From Adineta vaga (Eukaryota > Animalia > Rotifera): 64,000 nucleotides of DNA. How positions within the stretch are numbered: the first letter of the stretch is position 1; every line of letters starts with the position of its first letter. The DNA lies in the NCBI GenBank assembly GCA_021613535.1, contig CP075492.1:19716001-19780000 (forward strand), written 5' to 3'. The position numbers were made by a program, and so were the translations under genes. This document shows, one piece after another, positions 11,811 to 26,664 of this stretch. The notes beneath the pieces are model-generated. The model was not told the origin of the DNA and made no database searches. It saw nothing but the letters and a program-made list of their open reading frames with translations.

Positions 11811-14659
11811 CTATATGCAACTCAGTTTGTAAGTGGAAAAAATTACAATGACCTTGGCCATTGAAAACGAAATTAATAAAAGGGAAGATTGATTCGCTCA
11901 TTCATTTTGGTTATAAATGATGAAGTTTACATAGACTGTGCAGGAATCGATTATTGGAATGGCTTTTGTATACTCTCTTGGATGTAAATGAGTTTCATGG
12001 GTGTAGGTGTGAGGGTGATGCCTTCAAGTTACACCTTACCGTCATGGTCATACTCCTTCACACCCTCAATTATTTTAATGAACATTGAACCTAACTCGGA
12101 ACAAAAAGAAAACATTAAAAACCAGGATTTTTTGAGACAACATAAAATTTCCTGAAAAAAGAAAAGATAGATGAAAATAAAATAGTTTATGATACTATTT
12201 GTCTTTAGAAAGGCGTACAGAGAAGAACCATTTTACTTGTTTGTTTTTTGTATGTAGCTTCAATGCTTGTTGGACTTTCACCTCAGATGAATGTCTATTT
12301 CACAATGGGAATAAATGATAATAAAAGTTATATTTGTATTTTATTCTGCTTGTGTTCACATGATTGGCCGATAGGAGTCAGAAATAGGCACATGACGATT
12401 TTTCTGGCCTATCCGGTTGTGAACCATCGGTATATTATGAAACGGACTAAGAGAAGATGATCGTATGTTTTATCGTATGCTTATGTCAATGGATGAAGAT
12501 GTGAGTGCAAGAAGCAGACCAATGAAATGCACACAACCTCATTCACATACATCTACATCCATACAACGAAGGACACTAGGTGATACGATCATTTTCTTGC
12601 CAAAAAATATTTCCGTTTGTTCTATTAGAATCAAGTGAAGAGAAGAGTATGAGAGTGGGTGAAACTGCATGACGCTGCGCTTTTTTCATCGCACATTCAT
12701 GATTTTATTATCTTGTGTCTATAAAATGTGCATGTCGATTTACTGATCAAATAAAGACGAATGAGAACGAAGTACAGTTTGTTGATTAGAATTTAATTGT
12801 TTTCAAGTTAATTAAAGACGAATATCTCAGTACTTTATTTCGTTTCGATCTGTTGATAATGATAATAAATTAATATTACTAACAAATATCTTTGTAAATT
12901 ATTTCATCTTAATTTTCTGTCACTCTATTAACTAATTCTACAGCATGCTAACGAATGAATATGTTTGAGATAACGTTTTATCTGGTTTTTCTTTGAAATA
13001 AAAGTGATGTTAACGCTTGTTATTATTTGTAACAAATATTATCCTATTTCCTTGTTCGTTTTCAGTAATAGAAAGGTAGATGAAAATCCATGATGTTAAT
13101 TGTTAAATATGAACATTCTGTTTTTCTATTTCATTATTTGAAGAAAAAAAGTAGTGAAAAACAGAAACGGCAAAATATCTTCTTCTCACCATAATAGTTT
13201 AAAATGTTGAAATTAGTTTGATTGTTAAAGAAATAAATTGAGAAAAGAGAAGGAAATTGCATTAGACATCTGAATTAAGTTTTCTCTTGATAATTCTGTT
13301 GAAAGTGTACAAAACATGATCGAAGATGTCCATTTTTCGACATGTCTTTTTTGCAAGGATTTCCCGCTTCTTCTACATAAAATCTAATGATTCTATAATG
13401 GATTTGCTATATTATCCATCATGATCAAGTGTAACTTCATCTGTTTTTTAATGAAGAATATCATAAAGAATTATTTGTAATAGAAATAGTGGTGACAAAT
13501 AATACTAAACTGTATGATATCAATCTAACTGAATATGTATTTGTTACACAAAATGTCTCTTTGAATCCTTTAAAAAAAATGAATTTTACCTGTTTCTGTT
13601 CATTTTGATGTCTACAGTATGTCATGATTCCTTTTGACCAACATGGAAAAGGAAGCAGAACAGACATGCAGATATAGTTGCCTCGTCAAAGAGAACTAAC
13701 ATATGTTAGCATAATTTAAATTCTATTAACAGATGGAAGTAAAAAAATACTTTTTGTTTTATCCGTTTTGAACTTTGTGCATCGATTTGTGTTGAAAGTG
13801 TGTGATAGTTAATATAGAAATATTATTTCTGTTGAGAAAAAACTAGTACGAGTGTGGACATCGTGTATTGTTTGGTTATTTTGAATGATAATTGAATAAG
13901 AACAAAACTCTTTTTCTATAGTTGAGCGTGTCAAGCGAAAATATTGTTCATTATTAGAGAAATTTTAATCAGCAAAGCCTCATCAATATCGATTTATTAA
14001 AGTGCGAAGGTTAGTCTCGTCATTTTTGTTTCTATTTGAACTTCTACAGTGTTTCAATAATTTATCTTTTGTCGCAATTAGTTACTTAGTCTTTATTCAA
14101 AGTTCTGTATTTCCATTAATGGATTTCATTTGTAAAAATTTTACATCAATACAAGTCGATGTTGCATTCACTCCAGTAGTGTCAAACTCGAAAGTTGAAT
14201 TCAGCTATTCAAGGATTTAACTAATTCCCCTCAGATATTTTATTTTCATCCACATTGTTGACCCTCCACCCTAATGGCTGTAAATAGTTGAATTCAACTT
14301 TCAGGTATGACATATATGATTCATTCTTCCCTTTGCTCCTCTCGATCGAGATTTATCATTGTATAACAACTCCGTTGACCCAAGGAAATTTGGTTTACCG
14401 AAGTTTCGTCGATTAGTGATAGTCTGATTTGCAGACCATCTTGAGGATGTGAGTGTGAAATCAAGTGAAAATAACACATCCACTTACTCACACCTTCAAT
14501 TTGTCGATTTTTTTCGTTAAATTATTTTATTTGGCCATAATAAACTGTCTATAAAAATTTGATTTGTAGAATAGAATATTCCAATTGTTTGTGTAATTCT
14601 GAGAAATTCATATTTCATCATTCGAACGATCGATTGATCAATTTCATTTATTTATCAAC

Positions 14660-17600
14660 ATGAATCTGAAATTTTTTTTCTATTGGTTGTATAATCATCT
14701 ATGTGATTACAATGTTTTTATGCCTGAAGAAAATATATATGATAATGAATCACAAGATCGAACAAGTGTTCTCAAGCATCAAAAATATTCAACTTGGTTA
14801 TATGTTCTTTGTCTCATAGGTAAGCATAACGCAAGCTTTTTCTTTAGAATATCCATAAGATACATTCAATAGTTGCTATGAAATATTACAGAAAAAATAT
14901 TTCTGCAATTAACACTTCTTGAACCGGATGATTGCCATTTTCATCTTGAGGGTGTGAGGGTGTAAGTGCAGACGTTATAATCATTCTACACAAGCACTCA
15001 TATTTACACTCACCCGCACCCACATCAAATCAGCATATGCACACCCTCACCCTCTCAGGATGGGACTCTTTTCGCATCCCGCGAAGCTCTGTTCCTAGAA
15101 AAACGTCAAATATCAAATTTTGATTAATAATTAAATAAACACGAATATGGAACCATTTTAGAAATTTTTCATTTATTTTTTTCAGTATCTTTCTATGTTC
15201 TTTTCTACATTGCCATGGTAAATCCGCAAGATAGAACAATAGTTATTACTGATCTAACTCCTGATATCTTTACTAAACTTGATCTTAAACATGGTAAGAA
15301 ACTTTCATGTCCATGTTTGACAATATCGATTCCTTATCAAACTGTTGCTTCTAATACAATTGAATTGCATCCTGTTTGTTCAAGTCATTTCGTAAGCCAA
15401 CAATGGATTCAATCATTATACATATCAGACGCAAGTAGATATGGAGTAGTGGATTTTCGAACGACGGCAAGCTCGCAAGTAAGTTAAAACTGCTTTTAGA
15501 ATGAAGTCTGATTTCTAATAGAAACAAATTCAGTCAGAATATGAAATTTTACAATTTTGAAAAATAAGATTCTATTCTAACTTGAATAATGATTCATTCA
15601 ATACTTTACACGATAGAACAAAGTGGTTCAGATCATGCGATTTGAATGAAGTAACTGATCTGATTAATAAGAATTGTATTTGAAGAATTTCCGAGATTAA
15701 CTCATAGAAAAATTCAACAGCAAACAGAATCGCTGTTAAGTACTTTTCTCATTTTTTCTTAAAGTAAGGAAGATACTTAAGAATAAATCCTTTCAAATGA
15801 CCACAAGGATACTTATAGGTGAAAAGTACTCTTGATCACTTTCGAAAGTACTGAGGTTCATCCATGCAAAAAAGAGCGAACTAAAAATACTTTAAAACTC
15901 TTTCAGTACTAATAAAGTAAAATAGATTAAGTTTTCTTATTAGTTTTCAATTTTTACAGTGCTCAATGATGACTGTTTGCACTCATCAAAGTAATTAATA
16001 GTATTTTTGAAATTCATAAAGTACAGTATAACACTCCAAAGTTCAGCTGGGCCATTTCTTGAAAAATTTATGTTTGAAGTAGGCGAATGTTTGAGAACCA
16101 CTGTGGGGGTTAAAACTATTTTTTGCAAAGTTGATCAGTTATAAATGGGCCGTTTTAACTCGAGTTAAAATCGTTTTTTGGAAAGTTGGTGGGTTATAAC
16201 TCGAGTTATAACCAGCCTAGTTTTAACTGCCACAGTGTTGAGAACACATGAATCCGTTTTCGTAGATTCAGCATAATCCAGTCAGACATCTGGTATTAAA
16301 GAGTCTCTCATTAATTAAATGATACTCTCTTCCGAATAAAAGCGATCTATGGCCTTGTAATACGTCTTGCAACATCATTCCTTTTTAAATGACTTTCTGT
16401 CAAGATCAACGTTTCACCCGTTATTGTTCATAATACACATGACGAGCTATTGTCTGCACATGGACGCCCAATAAGTGTGACTCTCTAGTATGGAGTGGCC
16501 TTGTATTACTTAGGAAACCGGTCGCAATAGAGAGATGGTATGGTGACAAAACGAAAAAGATGAGCCGTTCGCGGGAATCGAATCATGCACCCCCTGCTAT
16601 ACGAGCAGATGTTTCAAGCCAGTTAGACTAGAAGAGAGAACACACCCTTCGTTTTAAATCATCATCTTCGTATGCATGATCCAACAGTATACTGCAAAAG
16701 AGAAGTTTCCTTAGAAAATGACTTCATTTTTTATTTAGTTTCAACTTCTGAGCAGTTTTTGTTCACTCTCTCAAGACATTGCCTTACAAATTCAAACCGA
16801 TATTGACAATCTTGATTTCGTTAGTGACTATCTTCTTCCTGAAGTCGACTTTCAATTAAAAATCAATGCTATTTCTGATTCGTTTAAAAACAGTACATAT
16901 ATCAGAATTATGTCCTATTTTAATTTTCTCAGAGTTAATACTCGAGCAAACCACTTAGTTTCGGCTCTCAACACAAATACAATAATTCGAATTAAAAAAA
17001 AAAACGATCAGTATACTACTGTAGGACATCGAACACTATGTCTAGATACCACACTTGGTGTTTGGGATGGGTGTGGCAGTACAAATAAAACTGTTTCAGC
17101 TGTTTTCGATTTATTAACCATAAAACAATTATCAAGTCAACCACATGTGTTTTGGTTTGACCAGCATTCAATTTCTTCACAAATTGTCCATGGATTTTTT
17201 GCTGGATGTAGTCCTCTGGATGGTTTTCTTCGAAGTACTCTTGATTGTTTATATGATATTCAATGTCTTGAGTTATTAATGGAATATTTTCCATCTCTCA
17301 ATAAAGTTTGTAGATAAATACATATGTATTCGATCTTTATTCAATCGTCTCTTTCTCTAGACACATTTCAATGCTACTGATTCTGTTCTTTCTTCAAAAC
17401 AAGAAAACATTTCTATCAATGATCATTTTCAAAATCTTTTTATTAATCACTGGTCAAAAAAAAACAATTATTCAAAATATTTTGACAATTGTGCTCCATC
17501 ATTCTGTTCATACTCAACAAGAGATCAAATCAATCTACATTATGCACTTATTCTTTTAATCAGTCTTTATGGTGGTCTGATTATCATATATCGTACGACT

Positions 17601-20600
17601 ATACCGTTATTAGTTAAAATCGCATTTGCGTATCAATGTTGTTCGATAAATACAAATGGTCGTATCGGTAAGTTTGATAGATTGGATCCAAGTTTTATTT
17701 AAAATCTTCTTCATATGTTATTGATAGAATCTCAAAGCAGGCGCCGACGTAAATTCATGCAATCAATAAAACAAATGAACTTGTTTAAAAAAGCCAATGA
17801 TGAAACAGAGAACAGTATTAAACAACAGAAATTGACCACACGAGTTTATTTGATTTTACTAACTAGTAAGATATGTTTCTGTTTGATAACAATAATCGAA
17901 TCGGTCGCTTAATAGATGAAAGGAAGATTGAAGCCTGTATTATTCATCTCTGTTATGTGTTAGACTACATGTGAGCTGTTTTATAGAGCTTGAATGACGA
18001 AAACACATCACTCCTTTAGAATGGTCGAAAGATAGCGCCTTTCGCAGACTTTGTTGAGTAGTCTCACTCGCACCCACATATATGTAAGATGCACTCAGGG
18101 CAAATTTAAAGTGAAAAAACTTTTCGCTTTTTTTATACATCATTCGATAGATTAAGTGCTGCTGATCACGAATATCACATTCCCGGCTGCCAAAACTCTT
18201 TCCTTGCTGAGATATTTCTAAAATGCTGAGAGGGTCCAGAAAAAGTAAAAATATAACATTTTAGTAAAATGGTCGTAGTTTTTTCCCACTTTAGGTTGTC
18301 TACTCAATTCAAAGCTTTTTGGATTCAGCATCGAAAGCTGAGTCTAGAAAAGCGGTTTTCAAGTCTCCAGACCCAAAACTGGACTTCCAGAGGGATCAGA
18401 AATCGGGTTCATCCGAAAACTTCAGACCAATTTTGCAGTCCTAACACAGGTTTTTCAGAAGCTACTAGAGTAAATATTCTTACGTGGTTAGATCCGCCTG
18501 ATGCTTAGCTACAAAAGAACAAAAAGTTTTTTTCGAAATTTTGTTTCTTTGCTGAGAAAAACGGTTTTTACTGACACCATGTTGAAACGACCAAATCGGT
18601 TTTTGGTCTTTTTGAGATTTTTGATCGAAATGAAGTCTAGGTATTGCCAAATAGACTATAAAGCATGGCGACTACAATGGACACATTGTCGAGATCTCTA
18701 GAAGGTTTCTGGAAGATTTTCATAAGGACTGAAGACGGTTTAACAACTTTTCTGTAGACATATAACTATTTCCTGTATCAGTAGACTTGAGGTGTCTACG
18801 TAAGGAATAAAAACAATATGCTTTTCCTGCAGAATGGGTGTGGGTGTGGGTATCTCCTCTTCTTTCACATCCACCCACACCCACAACCCTCAAGATTTCG
18901 ATCAAAAATCTCAAAAAGACCAAAAACCGATTTGGTCGTTTCAACATGGTGTCAGTAAAAACCGTTTTTCTCAGCAAAGAAACAAAATTTCGAAAAAAAC
19001 TTTTTGTTCTTTTGTAGCTAAGCATCAGGCGGATCTAACCACGTAAGAATATTTACTCTAGTAGCTTCTGAAAAACCTGTGTTAGGACTGCAAAATTGGT
19101 CTGAAGTTTTCGGATGAACCCGATTTCTGATCCCTCTGGAAGTCCAGTTTTGGGTCTGGAAACTTGAAAACCGCTTCTCTAGACTCAGCTTTCGATGCTG
19201 AATCCAAAAAGCTTTGAATTGAGTAGACAACCTAAAGTGGGAAAAAACTGCGACCATTTTACTAAAATGTTATATTTTTACTTTTTCTGGACCCTCTCAG
19301 CATTTTAGAAATATCTCAGCAAGGAAAGAGTTTTGGCAGCCGGGAATGTGATATTCGTGATCAGCAGCACTTAATCAATCGAATGATGTATAAAAAAAGC
19401 GAAAAGTTTTTTCACTTTAAATTTGCCCTGAATGCATCTTACAACGCCTCTCCGAGAGGAGTGAGCAACAAGCAGAGGAAGTCAGCCTTTAAAGTTGTTT
19501 TAAAAAGCTGTTAAATCTCGCGATTTCTTTTTGAAAATTATTCAACTAAGAAAGCTGGAATTTGTAGAATGATTTCCCAAGTATTGAAATTCTTGTAAGT
19601 TGGAAAATGAAGATCAGAGCTTACCTGTTCTGCAGTATGTAGGTGTGAGTATGATTGTTGAATGGCTTATGTAATCGCCTACCATCGCAGTTGCATTCAT
19701 CTTTCGATATTTTCCTTACGGTGTTTTTCTGTATTTCCTATTCTACAACTACGTTTTTCACATTTTCTTGTTCGATGTTCAACACCAAATCCGTAAATTC
19801 AGATAGTTCAAGGAATTGTCTTGAAAAAAGCTATAACCATTCTATCGGCAGAAACTGCTGAAAGATAACTGATGTTTAAGATAAATTAAATCGACTATTT
19901 TTGCTTTTTAAACTTTCATAATTTGTTCTTACTAAATGAACATGTAAGTGTCTTTTATTTACAGATAATCTGATCTTATTTAGAATTTTGACATTTAAAA
20001 ATAAAATATCTTACTTGAAATGTTAGTTCTTTCATGATGAATAACCCTTCTTTTTGATCTTTTAATATCTAATATTAATCATTTCTTTCACTTTCAATAG
20101 ATTAAGATTGTTCAATTTTGATGAGAATTTTTTAATTGAAAATCTCTTTTGAATTCTTGATACATTTATTTGTTTTCTTTTATTTAATTAGTTTCATTTG
20201 TGGTTTTTGGTGTCTTTAACTCATTAAATGAGGAAATGGCTACGATAAGTGTTGCAAATCCTTCAATAATTAGTTATGAAACGTTACATATATCATATCC
20301 ATCGACATTAAAATGTTCTTGTTCAACAAAGGCCATTCCTTACACAAATTTCCTTTCATTATCTCCAACGATACATCAGGTGTGTTCAAGTGATTTTGTT
20401 GATAAGCGTTGGATTTCATGGTTAATGCAAGGACAAAACCAATGGACTTTGTTTGATTGGCGTAACACAGGTCCTTCACAATTTGAATTATTATCTGAAC
20501 TATGTCAACTGGCTAATAAAACAATTAATGAGGTTGTTGATCGCTTTCTCTCGCAATCTTTCATCGTTTCAAATCTTCTAACAGCAAATGATTTCGATGC

Positions 20601-23600
20601 ACAATTAGATGTAATTCTTGATCAATTTTTAAATTCGTCGACCGTCTCGTTTGGTCTTCTTATCGATATAGTACGTCTTCTCATGCAAGTCGATCAGCCT
20701 TATATGAGCCTATCAGCACAGTCTCTCATGAGTTCTGTCACGGGTTTTGACTCGAATTTAATCACAAACATTGTGGCAAACAATACAAGCAAACAACAAT
20801 CATTGAAAGTATGTATAACTTGAAACTTTTAAAACATTCTTTTCTTTTCATAAGTGAATATTCCAAAAATAAACTCTGAGCATTTTACATAAGACTATCT
20901 TTAAGCCCCCCCCTCCCTTAGAAAAACCGGATTTTTCGAAAAAAATCGAAATTGAGTTTTTTACATAGAAAGATGCACCGAAGTTTCCTTTTTCCGAATA
21001 TATGTAGATTTTTCAAAAACGATCAAGTTTTCACAGATATATCGACACTACTCCGACGTGTCGGTGTGGGTGTCGGTGAAGAAGATATACCTACATCCAC
21101 ACCCACACCCTGGTTCGAGCAGTGACATGTAAACACCAAAGAACAATATAATCCTAAAATATACACATGTAATTATTAAGATTTATGTGAGAGGAGAAAA
21201 TAATAGGCAGTACCTTCTCGTTTTGCAACAGATATATCACCATTTCATATTGACATACATGAAATACAAACACTTTGTTTCATTAACTCCAACAAAAACG
21301 AGTTGTGAATTATTTGATAATAATCATTCGCATCGTTGACATCATCTGGATTTTGTTGTTCAAGAAAACTCGACAATTTTCCACATGATGTGCCGGAAAA
21401 TGAACGGTTTTTGTACGTGAAACTATCGTTACTAGTTGATCGATTTGCATCAGAAATAAGATCATTTTGTAGTTCACGTGTTTTTTTGGTAACACTCTTA
21501 ACGATTTTTTTCGATCCAGAAAGGTTGTGAACCAGTCGAGCCGTTTTTCCAATCTTTTTCGTCAACGGACGTGTCATTGAAGAAGATATAAGCGTAGAAT
21601 AATTTAAAAAATCTAGAAATAGAAGAATTGACAATGCCATTCAGTTTAGAGATCATCGGTGGTGTTGTCTGGAATTCGTCTACAGCGTTTTAGTCATCGT
21701 TACCGAAAAACTTTCAATCTTTTTTATTTAACGAAAAACCGCTGTGAATCATAATATCCAGGAGATGCAGTGGTATAAAAATGTGTGCGTTACCTGAATA
21801 GGAGAAGATTCAAACTATCTGACAGTGATAGGTGGAGTTAAGTTATTACGCCCTCTACGCGCTATAAAAAAATTTGATGAAAAATATCGAAAACACGACG
21901 TTTTTCTCAGAACATGGTTTCCGGTTAGAAAAATCGATATAACTTTCGCTCAGTTCAAGATATATCCAATATTTTTATTTCATTTTGAAGGCCTGCATAA
22001 GGGGAAACTTTTATCTGAACGGATTTTTTTATAATCGATTCCTGGTTTGTGAAAAGTGGAATTTAATGTCGCTGAATCACCGTTTTTGGTGCTGATTTTC
22101 AAACATATCTATTGAAATATTCATAAAAAATGCAATACACAGGATTTAAAAATTCTGTTCAGACAAAAGTTTGGCACTAACATGAGCTTTAATTTGAAAC
22201 TACTCCGGGCTCTATACCTCGTGTTACAGTGGAGTTATATCCATTCTTCTGAAGACCAAAACTGACCCATGAATCAGCTGAAAATCCGGTCTGGTACAAC
22301 CGATCGTGTTGAAATTTTTACCAGAAGTGTATCTCATCATGACTGTTCATCCCTGAAAGTTTCAGCCCAAACGGATCATTCTAAGTGGCAAATCGTTTCT
22401 GAGGGGAGGGGGCTTAAGGGTTTTGGGGTCAAATGGGAAACAATGTCTACCCTTCTTCTTCCTCCCAGCTCCTCCCATTCTTTCAACCGATAAATAGAAA
22501 CAAAGATATGTTCGTCTTGTTTCAGTTTACATTTGCTTTAAAACAAACTGACGACGTCTATTCTGCATCAAGTAGCTGTGTTTTTGCAACTAATCCTCAT
22601 TGTCAAGGCATGACCGCCATTCATGACTCGTTTTCCGAGTTAAAAATACTTTATGATTTCAACGACCCTTATATATTATCAAACTTAATTGAAGGATTTT
22701 CTTCGATTGATTCTCTTTTGTTATCAACACTTCAATGTTTCTATATGGATTCCGATTGTTTATGGGTCTTATTGCATTCTATACAAATTCCCTCTCGGTT
22801 CTCTATTAACAAAGAACCGAGCTATTATATCCGTCCGCTTGTTTATCATGAAAACTTGACTCGTTTCCCTCCAAATACTTCAAATGCAATAATAATTAAA
22901 GCAATGATGATAGAGCAATGGAATCAGTCGTATTCATACAAAAAGTTTTACGAATCATGTGCACCAACGCATTGCACTTATTTGAAAAAACGTCGTACAA
23001 AGACTGTGGTTGAAGTTATAATAGGATTAATCTCTATAATTGGAGGTCTCAGTCTTGTACTACGTTTAATAACAACTTATCTTATCCAATGCATCGTTTA
23101 TTTGAAGATATTCTTCACCAAAAAGAAGGAACCACGAGCACAAGAAGAACACGAACAAGAAGAAAGAGGTATTTGTTAATTGAATGTTCTTGAAGGATAG
23201 ATTAAAAAGTTTTCAATTTGATATAAACATCCTGATATAAATCTTATTTGAGATATAAATCGGTAAGATGTCGTTTTTTTAAATAGTTCGTCAAAAATGT
23301 TCCGACCGAGTGAGAGCAATCATACGAAACGTGACCGCGCTTATATATACTCAATTGACTGATTTAAATATTTTCCCGCGACGAGATTTTGGAAGTCATA
23401 TTGATGAACAAAATGCTAAACGCCTTGGTCAATGGTCTACTCGTCTCTACATTGTTCTACTCATTACAAGTGTTTCTGTATTTGCTATATATACTATAAT
23501 TCAACCTCAGACTGTGACGAAAACGTCCGATACACCATCTCTCATTACATACAATGCTCTTATAGAAAAGTATGGCGATCAACTGCAATGCTCATGTGGA

Positions 23601-26530
23601 TCAATTGTATCAGAATACACGAAATTTATGGAAATTGAACCTGTTTTTCATCAGGTAAGAACATATTATTCTAATTGATGTTAGTCCTCTACTCCCCAAC
23701 GGAAATCAGGTGTAGGTGTAGAATGGATAACATATCGACATAATCACATCCACACTCACTCTCACCCTGACGATTTCGCGAATATTTAAGAGTCAACCCG
23801 ACACCATGGCTTCGAATAGTTTTTATAGTTGATTGTTCAAATATGAAACATTAGCATAAGAATATTTGAGAAATTTTCATCTGTTAGAAAGCGAACCGAA
23901 ATTTCTCGAACATCCTGTAAGATCAGTCAGATATTTCTATCAACAGTTAACGCCAACTTACCTTATACTTATTCCCTTAATTAATTGAAAACACAGGAAT
24001 TTATGTTCATGTTTTCAATGTGATCGAACAAACACCTTTCAACCAAATGATTATTATCAATTCTTTTTCTCCTTCTTGACGATAGATTTGTTTGAGTCCA
24101 TTTATTTCGGATCAATGGCGAGTGAATCTCACATCCAATCTCGTTTCCAACCTTTCTGTTTATGCCCGAACAGATTATCGTCGTTTTCTTTCTGCACATT
24201 TACAATTTCTTCGTGGACTGTGTCAAGTGTCCATGGAATCAGTCAACAATTCAATCGATCAACTTCTGACATCATCATTTATTACAACTCAACTTCTATC
24301 GCAAATTAGTTTTGATCGACGTCTTAATTCATCAATTGAACATAGAAAATCACAATCTTCAACAACATTATCTCAAATTCTCGTCTTAATTCGAAGTATA
24401 AATCATGGAAATGCTATTATATCAACTTATGGAACAAATTTTGAATATATTGCTCTTCGGGATGTACCCAATGACAGTTATGCACCGACTCAAGCATTTA
24501 TTTATGGTGATGGATGTTCTTGTGGATTATATTCAAACTGTACGAGTCAAGCTAAGTTTATTGAAAAAAACGCATCTGAATCGAATGTAATTAAAGGTTT
24601 GAAAATTGGATGTATACCGAGTGAAGCTTTTCTTGTTTCAACTCTCGAATGTTTCTATAATTCATCATGTATTCAACTTATTCAACAATATACGAATTCT
24701 ACAAATCATATTAATCCTCTTTCGACAGGGTTAAGTCGATTTCCAGTTCAAACAACAATCGCTCAATTGATTGACAATCTATTCACTGAACGATGGATAG
24801 CAATAATGAATTATTCCTTGTATTTTGAACGATGTTCACCCTTATTATGTTCGTATACCTACATTCAAAAATTCAATCCACTCTATACCATAACTGCGAT
24901 CCTTGGTTTTCAAGGTGGTCTAACAATTATTCTTCAATGGATTTGTCCAAAACTAGTTCGACTTATAGTCAAAATATTTCAATATCGTAAGAAGCGAAGA
25001 AATATGATCCAACCGACTAGTTCTCTTGAAATAACATGCCATGACACTGGTAGTACGAATGTTCACGACTCTAGTCCTGCTTTACAGTCAACACTAACAA
25101 ATAGAACAACAGAGTATGTCGTATTCATTTTATTCCTAATGCACAGTTTTCTTCGTTAGGGCAAATGTAGTTTCGTCGATTCATTGTTCTTGTAAACATA
25201 TTACAACGTGTATATTGTTGATGATCATTGTAACGGCCTTAATTTATTTTTCTATTTATTTCAATCGACAAGGTAAGAACCAATTTGTACTGACAAGTTC
25301 GTCGTTTGCAGTTCTCTGTTTGATAGTCATTTTCGTTAATCTATAAGAATAATCGAGTGTCTCTAGTCTTAATAATAGATATCAAGAAAATATGAACTAG
25401 AAAGTAGAAACGAATCAAATTCAGACAGACGAATTAGGCATTAAGCGCATCAAATTCTCATGATAAATAAGATCTAAATGTTTTATCGGCAATGATTATA
25501 GTAAAAGTCCGAGACATTTGATTCATGATTATAGAATTTATGTATTTGATTCCATCGGACTGTATCGTGTGAAAAATACATGAGAACAATAGTTAAGAGC
25601 TTATTCTTAGTGAAATCAATAGGACAGTAATATTAGATGAACTTCTTCGTGTATTTTTCTCCATTTGTTCGGTTATCTATTCGGCAGAAAACGACCCATG
25701 TCGCTAAAATCAACGGTTAACTGCAGTTCTTAAGCTTGAATATTTTCTACTCTTAGAAAACTATCAGGTTTTAGACAAAATTAGGCTTCCTTATATTTGT
25801 GGGTACGGTGAAGCCGCTGGTATTAGCCACGTCGACTAATTTCCTTCAGCTTACGACTTTGAATACTTGTTAAAGATGCCACTATTAAAATAACGATTAG
25901 TCAGAAGATTAACCGATAGAGAAAATTGAAGCACCATCTAAAAAAATGTACGATAACGTATTGAAATCAACTTTTTTTGATTAAACATCAATGTTTTTAG
26001 AATAGAAAGCTTTGATTTTTGTGCAAATTCTACTATAAATCTCTTTACACTTCCTCTCTCCCTAATCTTAACTTCTTCGCCTAATCATTGGGATCATCAC
26101 TATGAATTTGAATTATAAAATCTGAATTTGTGTAGATAGACTTCAAAACTAAATGTGGGCTAAAGATCAGTTCCATGAACTTTGACTGTCACACGTATGA
26201 GTGCTTTAAGTGCGAAATAGTTTCTTCATATTCTATTTCTTTCGTTTCTAAATAGTTCACGTTGATACACTGTAAAAAATAAACGTAGACTACTAAACCC
26301 TTCAAAAGGGTTTATTTGTTCCATAAACTCTTTCACATACCCTTTTAGGGTTTATTATCTTCATAAATCCTTCGGAAAAGCGGGTTTTATTCGACAGTTT
26401 CTTCCAAACGGTATATTAATAAACGCTTGCCCGAAGGGTTTATGAAGTTATGACACTCTTTAAGAGTATATTACTACTCATATACCCTAAAAGGTTTATG
26501 AACTGCAACGTATCATATACCCTTCGTAGG

Positions 26531-26565
<35 letters not shown>

Positions 26566-26586
26566 CAAATAAACCCTCTTGAAGGG

Positions 26587-26664
<78 letters not shown>

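Noticed and set aside
12100-14400. Scattered 60-70 aa ORFs
   Set aside because: AT-rich intergenic sequence with no motifs or supported splice structure.
16564-16636. Functional tRNA-Thr gene
   Set aside because: Acceptor and T stems do not pair properly.
18269-19257. Pairs of near-identical ORFs on opposite strands
   Set aside because: By-product of the 549-bp inverted repeat; no protein motifs.
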